From Chiloscyllium plagiosum (Eukaryota): a DNA stretch of 24,184 nucleotides. The position numbers and the translations under genes were made by a program. Below are positions 1-10,113 of this stretch, in pieces. The notes beneath the pieces were generated by a model. The model searched no databases. It was given only the letters and a program-made list of their open reading frames with translations, and was not told the DNA's origin. The stretch is from contig NC_057718.1 of NCBI RefSeq assembly GCF_004010195.1, positions 95,198,003-95,222,186 on the forward strand, in the 5' to 3' direction. Positions within the stretch are counted from its first letter, which is position 1, and each line of letters starts with the position of its first letter.

Positions 1-1110
1 CAGTCCCGCCATTAATCCTTTTCAGTATTGTATCTGATTTCTACCAACACGTTATCATCTATAACTTCCTCAGTAAGTTTCCAATAAAATTAAAAATCTT
101 TGGATAGTGCAGTCTCTCTTCCTGAATGGAATACACCTTTGTTTAGGGTTATGAATTGCTTCCTAAAATACTTACCACTCCTCTACATTGTTTCTTTTGA
201 AAATTATTCTTCCCATTCCACTTGACAACTTTTGCATTCATAATCTTGTAAATCGCTTTTAAGACAAGTTTCAGATACATACCTGTCTCAAAATAAATGT
301 GATATCCTGACATGCTATGATCATTCTGACCAATAAGAATCTTCGTTATTAGGTAATGAATTAATCTTGCCCCATTGTACATTATTAGGTCTAAAACACC
401 TAGTTCTATGTTTAGCTCCAAATTGTATTGTTTTAAGAAACTATTCAAAATACCAGGCTACCTAACCCATTTCAATTGCCCAAAATCTACATAAAAATTA
501 AAATTTTTCCAAGTGTTGCAGTACCTTTCGTAAAAGTAATTATTTCTTGAATTATACAGTAGCAACACTGTCAAATGGTAAGATGGCCCAAAAACTACTT
601 TCCAGTGAATTCTTGCTTTTCTTACTTCCACACAAATTACATCCATTTCTCAATTCTGCAAATTAAAGCCAGTTCCCTGGGATGGCACGGCAGCTCAGTG
701 GTCAACACTGCTGCCTCACAGCACCAGGCAGCAGGGTTCAATTCCAGGCTCGGGCGACTATCTGTGTGGAGTTTGCACATTCTCCCTTTATCAGCATGGG
801 TTTCTTCCGCGTGGTCTGGTTTCCTCCCATAGTCCAAAGATGTGCAGGTTAGGTGGATTGAATATGATAAATCACCCATAATGTCCAGGGATGTGCACGT
901 TAAGCAGATTAGCCATGTGAAATGCAGGGTTATCGTGCAGGGGTGGAGAAGAGTTCAGGTGGATGTTCTTCGGACAGTCGGTGTGGACTTCTTGGGCCAT
1001 TCTCACTACAGTACTGACTCACCCTTTACTAACAATGCTGCCTCATCTCTTTTACCTTTCTTCTGAAATTTCAAATAGCCTGGGAGCTTCTTATGTAACC
1101 CCGTCCATTA
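1..1110 (-). mobile_element. Highly decayed CR1-type LINE ORF2 endonuclease fragment, interrupted by a SINE at ~679-999
   Basis: The minus-strand translation FLKQYNLE..GVLDLIMYN..LI..LIGQNDHSM..HIYFE matches the CR1 APE endonuclease FLxQY..PTR..LDL..SDH region. CVEVRK lies at ~630 and a PGY..F/GK..ALLVK-like stretch at ~1025-1085. Many stops and frameshifts. Confidence 0.75.
679..999 (+). mobile_element. tRNA-derived HE1/V-SINE-type SINE
   Basis: tRNA-like head (GGCACGGCAGCTCAGTGG, A-box-like; GGTTCAATTCC B box) followed by the V-SINE-like core GTGTGGAGTTTGCACATTCTCCC...GGTTTCCTCCCA.AGTCCAAAGATGTGCAGGTTAGG. The tail is truncated. Confidence 0.9.
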
Positions 1111-1127
1111 AAACTTCTAAGCCACAT

Positions 1128-1429
1128 TTTAGATTAGATTCCTTACAGTATGGAAACAGGCCCTTCGGCCCACCAAGTCCACACACACCCTCCGAAGAGT
1201 AACCCAACCAGACCCATTTTCCCTCTGACTAATGCACCTAACACTACGGGCAATTTAGCATGGTCAGTTGACCTAATCTGCACATCTTTGGACTGTGGGA
1301 GGAATCCTGAGCACCTGGAGGAAACCTATGCAGACACGGGGAGAATGTGCAAACTCCACACAGACAGTCGCCCGAGGCTAGAATTGAACCTGGGACCCTG
1401 GTGCTGCAAGGTAGCAGTGCTAACCACTG
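1128..1429 (-). mobile_element. HE1/V-SINE-type SINE
   Basis: The reverse complement has CAGTGGTTAGCACTGCT.., B box GGTTCAATTC, the same core as 679-999, and a CR1-like tail ending in (AATCT)n. Confidence 0.92.
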
Positions 1430-2477
1430 GAAGGAGAAAACCAGAAATCAAGCTTTGCTCCATTTAGATTCAAGAACGGAATAAAATTACATGTGCGTAA
1501 CTCATAATCTGCACCCCAACTATTGTTTCTTTATTTGCTGTCTCTCTATATATGCTTAATTAAATGAACACCTTTTATGGATTAAATGGACAATTAATAC
1601 CATGGTCACTTTGTCACTGTATCTGTGAAACAGCTATAACATTTAGAAATGCTACATGCTTTCAGATATAAAGCCTTTCACTCTTTTTAAAACCATAATG
1701 CACTATTATGTTTGTTTGTTCTCTCCATTCCTCTCACATCTTGTACTGCAACCCTGATTATTGCCCTAAGACATTTTCCAAAATTCAGTCCAAGATGTTT
1801 TCACAAGACTACATTGACCTGTCAGTGGCAAGTACAACATTGCTGATCTCTCTCCTGATGCAATTATCGTATGTAAAAGTTGAATTTTTGGATTACTTTT
1901 TAAGGTTACACTTATGGGGTTGTCTATTACATGAATACTACTTTTCAGGACTAAAATTCATGCTAAAGTCCAAAATACCTCATTATTTGTTTAGCAGAAG
2001 ACCAATTAGTCTCTAAAGAAAAACAACAAGCTACGGAAATTACCAAATAAAGACAAGAGAATCAAAACAAAAATGAATTAATAAGATTTATACATACAAA
2101 ATGTGAAGTAGAACTGCAATACTGTTTTAAATCACAATTACATGATACATATTAAACATGTCAAATACAAAAGTTCATTAAAATCCTTTAAAAAAAAAAA
2201 TCACACGGTTCAACATCTTCAAAACCAATAAAGCTTCACTGTTATCAGGATGAATGATATCAGCATATGGATCCCCTTCGCTGTCCATAATTAGTGGTAG
2301 CACAGCATTCGCTTCTTCATCTAAATCATCCCATATCTAACTTTCCTCTGTACCATCCAATGCATTCGAAATTCCACATTTCTTGAATGATTTGGAAATA
2401 GTTCCATGAATCAATGATCCACTCATGGATCAGTGGCAGAGATGGAGTCTGCACACTACTCTCTTTTGTGTATCTTT

Positions 2478-3220
2478 TGGGCAATTTAGCACAGCCAATT
2501 CACCTAACTTGTACATCTGTACACCTGGATTATGGGAGGAAACTGGAGCACTGTTTTAAAAAAATTCTCAAGGTCAAGGACCAGGCTCGCAGGAAAGTAG
2601 TCTGACACAGAACAAACAGCCAAGAGGCGAGTCTGCTAGAATATAAGTGTTTTATTCCCCGCAGCGTCGCCACAACCAGGTCTCGTACTTACAACGGGTC
2701 TGGTTTATACTCACTCTACGTGTTACCGGAACTGGGAGCCGTCAGTTCTCGTAGAGCGGTTGCCAACAACCCACGCTCGGCGGTTAAGCGCAACCCCGGA
2801 GCAGACTCTACCGAACTGGAGACTTTTCCAGCTGATATACTCTTTTCGAGATCTAAACATTCATGTGAACAGCAGAGCAAGGCTGAAAAACACATTCCAT
2901 TCTGGTCACATGCAGATAAGAAGATTCACACGGGAAGGTGTGTAATAAGATTCACACGGGACTAAGCGACACCTTCCATTTTCGGTTAGATTCACACATG
3001 TATTGGGACACAATTTTAACCCTTTCACCACATTCCACTGCTTGGCCCAATACATGTGTTACATTATGATTCACACATGTATTGGGACATAATTTTACAC
3101 CACAAGCACCCAGAGGAAACCCACACAGACATGGGGTAGAATGTGCAAACTCCACACACAGTTGCCAGATGCTGGAATTGAACCCTGGCGCTAATGCAGC
3201 AGTGCTAACCACTGAGCAAC
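2478..3220 (-). mobile_element. HE1/V-SINE-type SINE split by a solo LTR (halves ~2478-2551 and ~3105-3220)
   Basis: GGGCAATTTAGC..GGGAGGAAACTGGAGCAC joins seamlessly to AGCACCCAGAGGAAACCCACACAGAC..GAATTGAACCC..GCAGTGCTAACCACTGAGC, colinear with the copy at 1128-1429. Confidence 0.9.
2552..3104 (-). mobile_element. Solo LTR (553 bp) of an LTR retrotransposon or endogenous retrovirus
   Basis: TG...CA termini and a perfect 5-bp TSD AGCAC (2547-2551 and 3105-3109). Minus-strand TATAAA (2709-2704) and AATAAA (2656-2651). GATTCACAC occurs four times in the U3-like part. CpG-rich. Confidence 0.88.
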
Positions 3221-4142
3221 TAGAAGTGATCTTAACTGGTCCCAGACAAATAAACTCTTTTCCTTGCGTAGTGCACCAGGTTATAAATTCCAAATTTCCT
3301 TTATCCATTTGAACGACAATTTCTTTTGGAAATTTCTCCTTTGGCAAAGTTTTTCTCTTAAAAAACAGCCATTGGTTTTAACTTAGCGCCATTAGCCATA
3401 CAAGAAAGAACCAAAGTAAACCTACTCTTCCCATGGCCAGTGATTTTCACCAAGACTTTTTTTTTCTCCTTTTTGATTCACAGTTCGATTCTCAGTATGT
3501 CATGAATAATAAGCATTTCATCCATGTTTCCAATGCACGATCACTTGTAGCCTCCCTTCTGCCGATTTTTGATTATGAACTGGTAAAACTGTAATAACTT
3601 ATCAGCTAGTTCAGCAGACAGCTTTTGTGCAATCTTAGTTCTCTGATGAAGTAATAAGTCATGCCTTCTCACCAACCTTATGCACCATCCAACACCTGCC
3701 TTAAAATTCAAAATGCCACCCTTCTTTGATTTGATTCGTGCATGGATTTGGATGGCTTCATGACGAACATTTTTCATTTTGACCATTTTCAAGAACCCAC
3801 AAAGCAACTTTTCTCTCCAATTGCGGCCATCTACCAAGTTTACCACTGTTGGCACACTTTCCTTTTAGCAGTCTCTGAACTTGGTTCGATATCTTGTTCT
3901 AGTCTCTCAAGTTTCTCCGAAACACAAAACTCTAGCTGCTACACAGTTTTGTCTTCTCTGTAACTTCAATAACCTTCAGTTTAAACACTACTGTAAATTG
4001 TTTGTTTCTCTGTAGGGACTTTTCACACACACAAAAAAAGAAACTTCGAAACCTCAAGTACATGACTGCATTCCGTGAGGTTGGTTGTCACTCAGCTCTT
4101 TAGCGCTGACTTGGTGTGAATTGTAAATCAAATTACATAATA

Positions 4143-4441
4143 TAGGTACACAATCCTTTACCCGAAATCCTTGGGGCCAGTCGTTTTTCTGGAATTCGGA
4201 AATTTTTGGATTTCGGAATAAAATGACATTTTCATAAAATGAAATTAAAAAAAAACCTAAAATGCATATGTGAATAGTATGAGCACTGAGACACCATTGA
4301 CACCTGTCAGTGATGGGCTACGCCGCCAAGTCACATCTGAGTAACATGGCTCGAGTGGGTGTGGAGTTGGGTCCACTAAAACTACGCTCCACACTCCATA
4401 AAAAAGGTTTCGGATTTCAGAATTTCATATAAATGTACCTG
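4143..4441. mobile_element. Tigger-like MITE (resembles Tigger4/MER46 ends), 299 bp
   Basis: TA TSD (4141-4142 and 4442-4443); termini TAGGTACA / TGTACCTG; subterminal CCGAAATCC..GGATTTCGGA motifs at both ends. Confidence 0.82.
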
Positions 4442-4630
4442 TAGCACAAAAACATTCATCTCCTCATCATAACAGTTATGTACAGGATAATACCTTGACT
4501 TACAAATGTTAGTATGTTTTCTGCGAAGAACTAGGGTTGACTTTTACAAGATATATGGAAAACTCAATGTTTTGATCAAAAAAAAGTTTGATTTTTATGA
4601 GATTGACTTTTACAACAGAACAGCGCAGTA

Positions 4631-5690
4631 CCTTCAGTCCTCTATGTTGCACCGACCTGTAGAACCAATCTGAAGCCCATCTATCCTACACTATTTCATT
4701 TTCATCCATATGTTTATCCAATGACCACTTAAATGCCCTTAAAATTGTCAAGTCTAGTACTAATGCGTTCCATACCCCCTACTACTGAGTAAAGAAACTA
4801 CTTTTTGACATCTGTCCTGTATTTATCACCCCTCACTTTAAAGCTATACCCCCTTGTGCTAGCCATCAGCTTCAGAGGAAAAAGGCTCTCACTGTCCACC
4901 CTACCTAACCCTCTGATTATATGTCTCAATTAAGTCACGTCTCATCCTTCTTCTCTCTAACAAAAACAGCCTCAAGTCCCTCAGCCTTTCCTCGCAAGAC
5001 CTTCCCTGCATATCAGGCAACATCCTAGCAAATCTCCACTGAACCCTTGCCAAAGCTTCCATGTCCTTTGTATAATGCAGTGACCAGAACTGTACACAAT
5101 ACTCCAAGTGCAGCTGCACTAGAGTTTTGTACAGCTGCAGCATGACCTTGTGGCTCTGAAACTCAATCCCTCTACCAATAAAAGCTAATACATCATATGC
5201 CTTCTTAACAACCCTATCAACCTGGGGGGCAACTTTCAGGGATCTACGTACCTGGACACACCAAGTACTGCTCATCTACACCACCATTATTCCAGTACTC
5301 TTTATTCTTGCTGCTCTTTCCAAAGTGAATCACCTCACATTGTTCAGCATTAAACTCTATTTGCCACCGCTCAGCCCAGCTCTGCAGCTTAGCTACATCC
5401 CTCTGTAACCTGCAACATCCTTCAGCTCCACCGACCTTGGTGTCATCCACAAATTTACTAACCCATCCTTCTTCACCCTCATCTGGGTCATTTATAATAA
5501 TGACAAACAGCCGTGACCCCAAAACAGATCCTTCAGGTACATCACTAGTAACTGAACTCCAGGATGAACATTTCCCATCAACCGCCATCCTGTCTTCTTT
5601 CAGACAGCCAATTTCTGATCCAAACTGTTAAATCACCCTCAGTCCCATGCCTCCATATTTTGTACAATTGCCTACCATGGGGAACCTTAC
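4631..5690 (-). mobile_element. 5'-truncated CR1 LINE (RT C-terminus and 3' UTR)
   Basis: SVTSDVPEGSVLG, WVSKFVDDTKVG, LQSWAERWQIEFNAEQCEVIHFG, LEYCVQFWS, LERRRMRRDLIE; frameshifted. Confidence 0.95.
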
Positions 5691-5707
5691 TATAGTACAT
5701 ATTTTAC

Positions 5708-5859
5708 TCTTTGGTGGTTAATGGCGTTACAACAATGCAAATTGTATGGCCCAAATTTTCTTCTGATTTCTTGACGACTATCTCCTCAAAAAGAACAGGC
5801 TTGGATTCCTTTTCCTTTAGAAAGGGAAAATAGAAGAAAGAAAGTCCAAAACATTGCTC
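5708..5859 (-). other. Candidate internal exon (152 bp) of an unidentified minus-strand transcript
   Basis: Non-repeat sequence with acceptor CTTCCCTGTTTGTTGCAG| and donor AGA|GTAAAA. One frame is open (EQCFGLSFFYFPFL...TPLTTK) but the protein is not recognised. Confidence 0.3.
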
Positions 5860-6302
5860 CTGCAACAAACAGGGAAGTAGTGCCCACTTGCTTTGTGTAA
5901 ATGGATGCAAATTGGTGAGAGATAAAAACACATCAAACAAAAAAAAAATCACATATCACCTACACAAAAAAGAAAGGAATTGATATAGCAATGGGTGCAG
6001 CATAGTAACAACCCTTGACAAAATTCTCACTTTAAAAATTTGTAGATCAGACCTTTTAAGGATTTGATTTGGCAAGCATACCTCTCTGATTGTTGATTGA
6101 AGTAAGACATTCTACAACAGTGACAACTAGGTTTCTTAATGTATTTTTGATTGAAGTTGAGGAGGAGGATGACAAGAGGGTGAGAAACGCAATACCTCAT
6201 TGATTGGGAGAGGCAAGGGGAATGCCAAGTTTTTTTGATGATGGTGGCAGGTGAGAAAAGGAGGAAAGAAGATGGGAGAAAAGAGGGGGAATTGTGCTAA
6301 GC

Positions 6303-7120
6303 NNNNNNNNNNNNNNNNNNNNNNNNNNNNNNNNNNNNNNNNNNNNNNNNNNNNNNNNNNNNNNNNNNNNNNNNNNNNNNNNNNNNNNNNNNNNNNNNNN
6401 NNNNNNNNNNNNNNNNNNNNNNNNNNNNNNNNNNNNNNNNNNNNNNNNNNNNNNNNNNNNNNNNNNNNNNNNNNNNNNNNNNNNNNNNNNNNNNNNNNNN
6501 NNNNNNNNNNNNNNNNNNNNNNNNNNNNNNNNNNNNNNNNNNNNNNNNNNNNNNNNNNNNNNNNNNNNNNNNNNNNNNNNNNNNNNNNNNNNNNNNNNNN
6601 NNNNNNNNNNNNNNNNNNNNNNNNNNNNNNNNNNNNNNNNNNNNNNNNNNNNNNNNNNNNNNNNNNNNNNNNNNNNNNNNNNNNNNNNNNNNNNNNNNNN
6701 NNNNNNNNNNNNNNNNNNNNNNNNNNNNNNNNNNNNNNNNNNNNNNNNNNNNNNNNNNNNNNNNNNNNNNNNNNNNNNNNNNNNNNNNNNNNNNNNNNNN
6801 NNNNNNNNNNNNNNNNNNNNNNNNNNNNNNNNNNNNNNNNNNNNNNNNNNNNNNNNNNNNNNNNNNNNNNNNNNNNNNNNNNNNNNNNNNNNNNNNNNNN
6901 NNNNNNNNNNNNNNNNNNNNNNNNNNNNNNNNNNNNNNNNNNNNNNNNNNNNNNNNNNNNNNNNNNNNNNNNNNNNNNNNNNNNNNNNNNNNNNNNNNNN
7001 NNNNNNNNNNNNNNNNNNNNNNNNNNNNNNNNNNNNNNNNNNNNNNNNNNNNNNNNNNNNNNNNNNNNNNNNNNNNNNNNNNNNNNNNNNNNNNNNNNNN
7101 NNNNNNNNNNNNNNNNNNNN
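6303..7120. other. Assembly gap
   Basis: Run of N. Confidence 1.
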
Positions 7121-7169
7121 NAAGGGGGAAAGAATAGTGATGTTGGGGGATGGGCTGAAGAGAATGAAA

Positions 7170-7810
7170 CAGTGTGTTTCGGGTGAGGCGGTGTGAAGGA
7201 TCCTCTCTCTCGCGCGCCCGCTCCACCGGAAAAGCCCGATCCACCCGGAGCCTGTTCACGCGGCGGCGACGGCAGCAGCAGCAGCAGCATCTTGTAACCG
7301 CCGTGCCGTGTCCCTCTCCCCCCTCCCCCTTATCGGCAGCAGGGCACCGTCTGAAACCTACCTAAAGCAAATCATCAATCCGACTTCTTCTTCGACCACG
7401 ACGGACGTTTTAAACAAAGATATTGGAAGGGTGAGCGAGAGTTGAGGGCGGGAGGGATGGCAGATGAAGGAGCCCGGTTTACGGGCAGAGGAAACCTAAC
7501 AGACCGAGCTCGCGGGCGCTCCGATGGCAATCATCCGCCGCAAGACCCGCCCACCGCCCTTTTGCTGCACCCCATTGGTTCCGCAGTCCGCCCATCCTCT
7601 GCACGATTGGCGGGTCCCTCCTGTCCATCATTCCCCCCCCCATCTTCCCGAAGGGTGAGGTGTCGTTGCTGGTCACCGAATATTCTCGTTTGTCATGGTG
7701 AAGGCCGAAAGTGCAGAGTCTATTCCCCCTCCTCAGTACATTTGCGTACGTCTTGTATAAAATCGCTTTTTAGCTCATCGCGAATGGGTAAACGAAGGTG
7801 CCGGTTATTG
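7170..7810. promoter_or_regulatory. CpG island / probable promoter and first-exon region
   Basis: Sharp rise in GC and CpG against an AT-rich background. GC boxes at ~7446, ~7547-7560 and ~7589; ATTGG (CCAAT) at ~7574 and ~7606; ETS-like CCGGAA at 7226. Splice donors AGG|GTGAGC (+, 7431) and TAG|GTAGGT (-, 7361). Confidence 0.8.
7272..7289. repeat. (GCA)6 trinucleotide repeat in the putative 5' UTR
   Basis: GCAGCAGCAGCAGCAGCA, preceded by CGGCGGCGACG. Confidence 0.9.
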
Positions 7811-7829
7811 TTTTAATGCACGAGATGAG

Positions 7830-8850
7830 TGTTTTCCAGCACGGAAACAGTCCATATTCCCAAACTACACTCGTCCCACCTGCCTGTCCGTCCCTTGGCC
7901 CATGTCCCTCAAAACCTTTGCTATTCACGTTCCTATCCAAATGTCTTTAAAAAACAGTGGAACGGCACCCGCATCCACCACTTCCTCTGACCGTCATTCC
8001 GCACGCGAACTATTTTTTTTCCAAAAAAAGTTGCCTCATGTCCTTTTTAAAAATTTTTCCTCTCGCTTTAAAAATATGCCCCCCTCGTCCTGAAATCCCC
8101 TACCCTGGGGAAAGGAGACCTGCCATTCACCTTTATCTATACTCTTCATGATTTCATAGACCTCTATGAAGTCACCCCCTCAACCTCCTACCTCCAGCAA
8201 AACAGATTCTGACGTTTACAGTCTATTTTTATATTTTAGCCTCTCCATTCCTGGCAACATCCTTGTAAGTCTTTTCTGAACTCTCTCCAATTTAACAATA
8301 TCCTTCCTATGGTCGGGTGACCAAAACTGGAAATGGTACTCCAGAAGAGGCCTCACCAACATGCATTCCCAACTCCTGTCTGAGCAATGAATAAAAGTGT
8401 GCATAACTGTCCTGTCTACAAACTTCAAAGAATTCTGTAGGCGAACTCCTAGGCTGGCTGTTTTACAACACTGCTGAAGGCCTTACATTTAATTGTAAAA
8501 GTCCCACCCTTTACTGTTTTATCAAAATGTTTTACCTCACATTTATCCAAATTAAACTCCATCTGCCATTTCTCAGCCCATTGGCTCATATCAAGATCAC
8601 TTTATAATCTTCTACACTGTTCACTACATTACCAATTTTGGTGTCATCTGCAAACTTATTCACCATACCTTCTCTCTAAGTAATTTATATAAATGACAAA
8701 CAAAGGTTTACCCTTCATTGATGGTGGCACACCATTGATCACACTGTCCCCTGCTGTTAAGTCAATTTTGTATCCAAGTCTCCATTCCCATGTGATCTAA
8801 TTTTACTAATGCGGAACCTTGTCAAAAGTCCAAGAAAACAATGTTTGCTG
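7830..8850 (-). mobile_element. Decayed CR1 LINE 3' fragment
   Basis: LVRPLLEYHFQFWSPDHRKDIVKLERVQKRLTRMLPGME; a KFADDTKIG motif at ~8630-8660; 3' UTR toward 7830. Confidence 0.92.
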
Positions 8851-9044
8851 TTCCAACCTCATTAGTCATGGTTTCTTCTTACACCCTAAAATATATGCAT
8901 CCCTTTCCTCCAACCATTAGTCGTTCTTGTTGAACTAGAATGCTGCTCTTTTATTCAAATCACATGACACCATCGACATATTTCTTTTAGTAGGCACTGA
9001 ATAATAGCTCCAACTTGAATTTAACCTAATAATGGGTACAATCT

Positions 9045-9135
9045 GATTTACAGGATCCAAAACATTAACTTGGCTTTCTCTGCACAGATGTTGCCAGACC
9101 TGCTTAGTTTTTCCAGCAACTTCTGTTCTCATCTT
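9045..9135 (+). mobile_element. Penelope-derived terminal-repeat fragment
   Basis: TTCTCTGCACAGATGTTGCCAGACCTGCTTAGTTTTTCCAGCAACTTCTGTT, related to the copies at ~14275-14410 and ~10985-11140. Confidence 0.65.
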
Positions 9136-9247
9136 TAATTTTTATACTACTCAAAATATACCAAAGATCACATGAGAAAAGTTCATATAAAGACCAAAAG
9201 ATAAATGAAGAGGGATTCAAAATTGCATCAGTAAAAAAGTGTCCAGA

Positions 9248-9957
9248 AGAGAAAACGTCAGTATTTCTGTTTATCCAAGCATTGTGTTAGAACACAGGGT
9301 ATTGCTTAATTTAAAAACCAGCAACACAAAAGATTTATCCTATGCAGTAATCTGTAATATCAGAGAATAATTAACTATGTACAAGCCCTTACTCAAACCT
9401 ATCTTTTACCTTCCCTTCTATAATTGTCCCATAAAATTCCCAATTAGGATTTACAAAACAACACTTCTTATCTCAAAATCAGGCAGTATTCGGTTCTTCT
9501 ATTTGGTTCTTCCTGTGTTTCTTTTCTTAGAAATTTCTGCATCAGCGGTTACTGATCGCAAAAAGTACTTTTAAGAGAGCTATTTTTCACGCAGTCTTCT
9601 ACATGTTGGGCCTTGGCAGTTCTCCTCTCAACGGTTCAATTTTCCCTGGTCTTATACCCCCAAATCATCGGATTGTGTTTTTAAGGTTGGCTTTTAAGGT
9701 TGTCAGTATACTAAAGTCAATCTGGATTGGAGTTTGGTATTTTTCGGGGTATAAGTTAAACTGATTGGCGGAATTCAAATTTGTTTTTGTCTCCAGGCAA
9801 CAACCTAATTGAGTTGTTGGACCAAGTGTTAGATTGTTACCTTATTGAGATCACTTGATGCTCTGTCCGGTAGTTCTGCTGCTTTTGACTCGCTTAAAGT
9901 ACACCCACATCTTCATAATAAGAGAAAATGTTGGTATTTCTGTTTATTCAAGCATTG
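9248..9957 (+). repeat. 37-bp direct repeat pair (9248-9284 and 9921-9957)
   Basis: AGAGAAAACGTCAGTATTTCTGTTTATCCAAGCATTG versus AGAGAAAATGTTGGTATTTCTGTTTATTCAAGCATTG; 33/37 identical, all four differences are transitions. Confidence 0.95.
9285..9920 (-). mobile_element. Solo-LTR-like element (636 bp)
   Basis: Termini TGTTAG...CATAATA (one change from TAACA). Two minus-strand CCAAT boxes (9768-9764, 9730-9726) lie upstream of TATAAG (9656-9651). It exactly fills the space between the 37-bp direct repeats and has no coding remnant. Confidence 0.65.
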
Positions 9958-10080
9958 AATGAGGCAGCGATAGACTGTCAGTGTAACAGTAACAATTTTT
10001 TAAAAAAAGAAACAAGATCAAAATGGTATTATGGGGGAAACATGAATTTCAAAGTTATCTTATACATCTGGAACTGTGTA

Positions 10081-10113
10081 ATTTTTAGTTAAAATGTCAT
10101 TTTAACTAAAAAT
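10081..10113. repeat. Perfect AT-rich palindrome, 16-bp arms, 1-nt spacer
   Basis: ATTTTTAGTTAAAATG-T-CATTTTAACTAAAAAT. Confidence 0.95.

Larger units (their letters stand above)
2230..4030 (-). pseudogene. pogo-like (CENP-B HTH + DDE_1) transposase remnant
   Basis: Minus-strand peptides: FKLKVIE (N-terminal DNA-binding), FKAGVGWCIRLVRRHDLLLHQRTKIAQKL (HTH_Tnp_Tc5-like), IGNMDE (first catalytic D), GHGKSRFTLVLSCMANGAKLKPMAVFKRK, and C-terminal SFKKCGISNALDGTEE. Stops, frameshifts, an internal deletion and nested insertions. Confidence 0.88.
1866..4630 (-). mobile_element. Decayed pogo/Tigger-family DNA transposon (ends approximate)
   Basis: Internal transposase remnants (next feature). Degenerate related terminal motifs: TGTAAAAGTTGA at ~1872 and inverted TTGACTTTTACA at ~4537 and ~4603. 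The right end finishes ...CAGTA at 4630. Confidence 0.7.

Noticed and set aside
575..1467. Several short ORFs and tRNA-like A/B boxes
   Set aside because: These are SINE sequence. There is no full cloverleaf, so they are neither tRNA genes nor proteins.
2921..3089. Spaced GATTCACAC repeats resembling a CRISPR array
   Set aside because: The repeats are short with irregular spacing, lie inside a vertebrate LTR, and have no cas genes nearby.
6136..7290. Long ORFs of 300-384 aa, and similar ones at 15957-16535 and 19205-20114
   Set aside because: They are artefacts of translating through N gaps.
7174..7816. GC-rich ORFs (polyQ/polyL) in the CpG island
   Set aside because: Low-complexity frames are expected in GC-rich DNA, and there is no recognisable protein or consistent splice phase.
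9377..9574. 65-aa hydrophobic ORF
   Set aside because: It is an antisense frame of a purine-rich LTR-like strand with no coding evidence.
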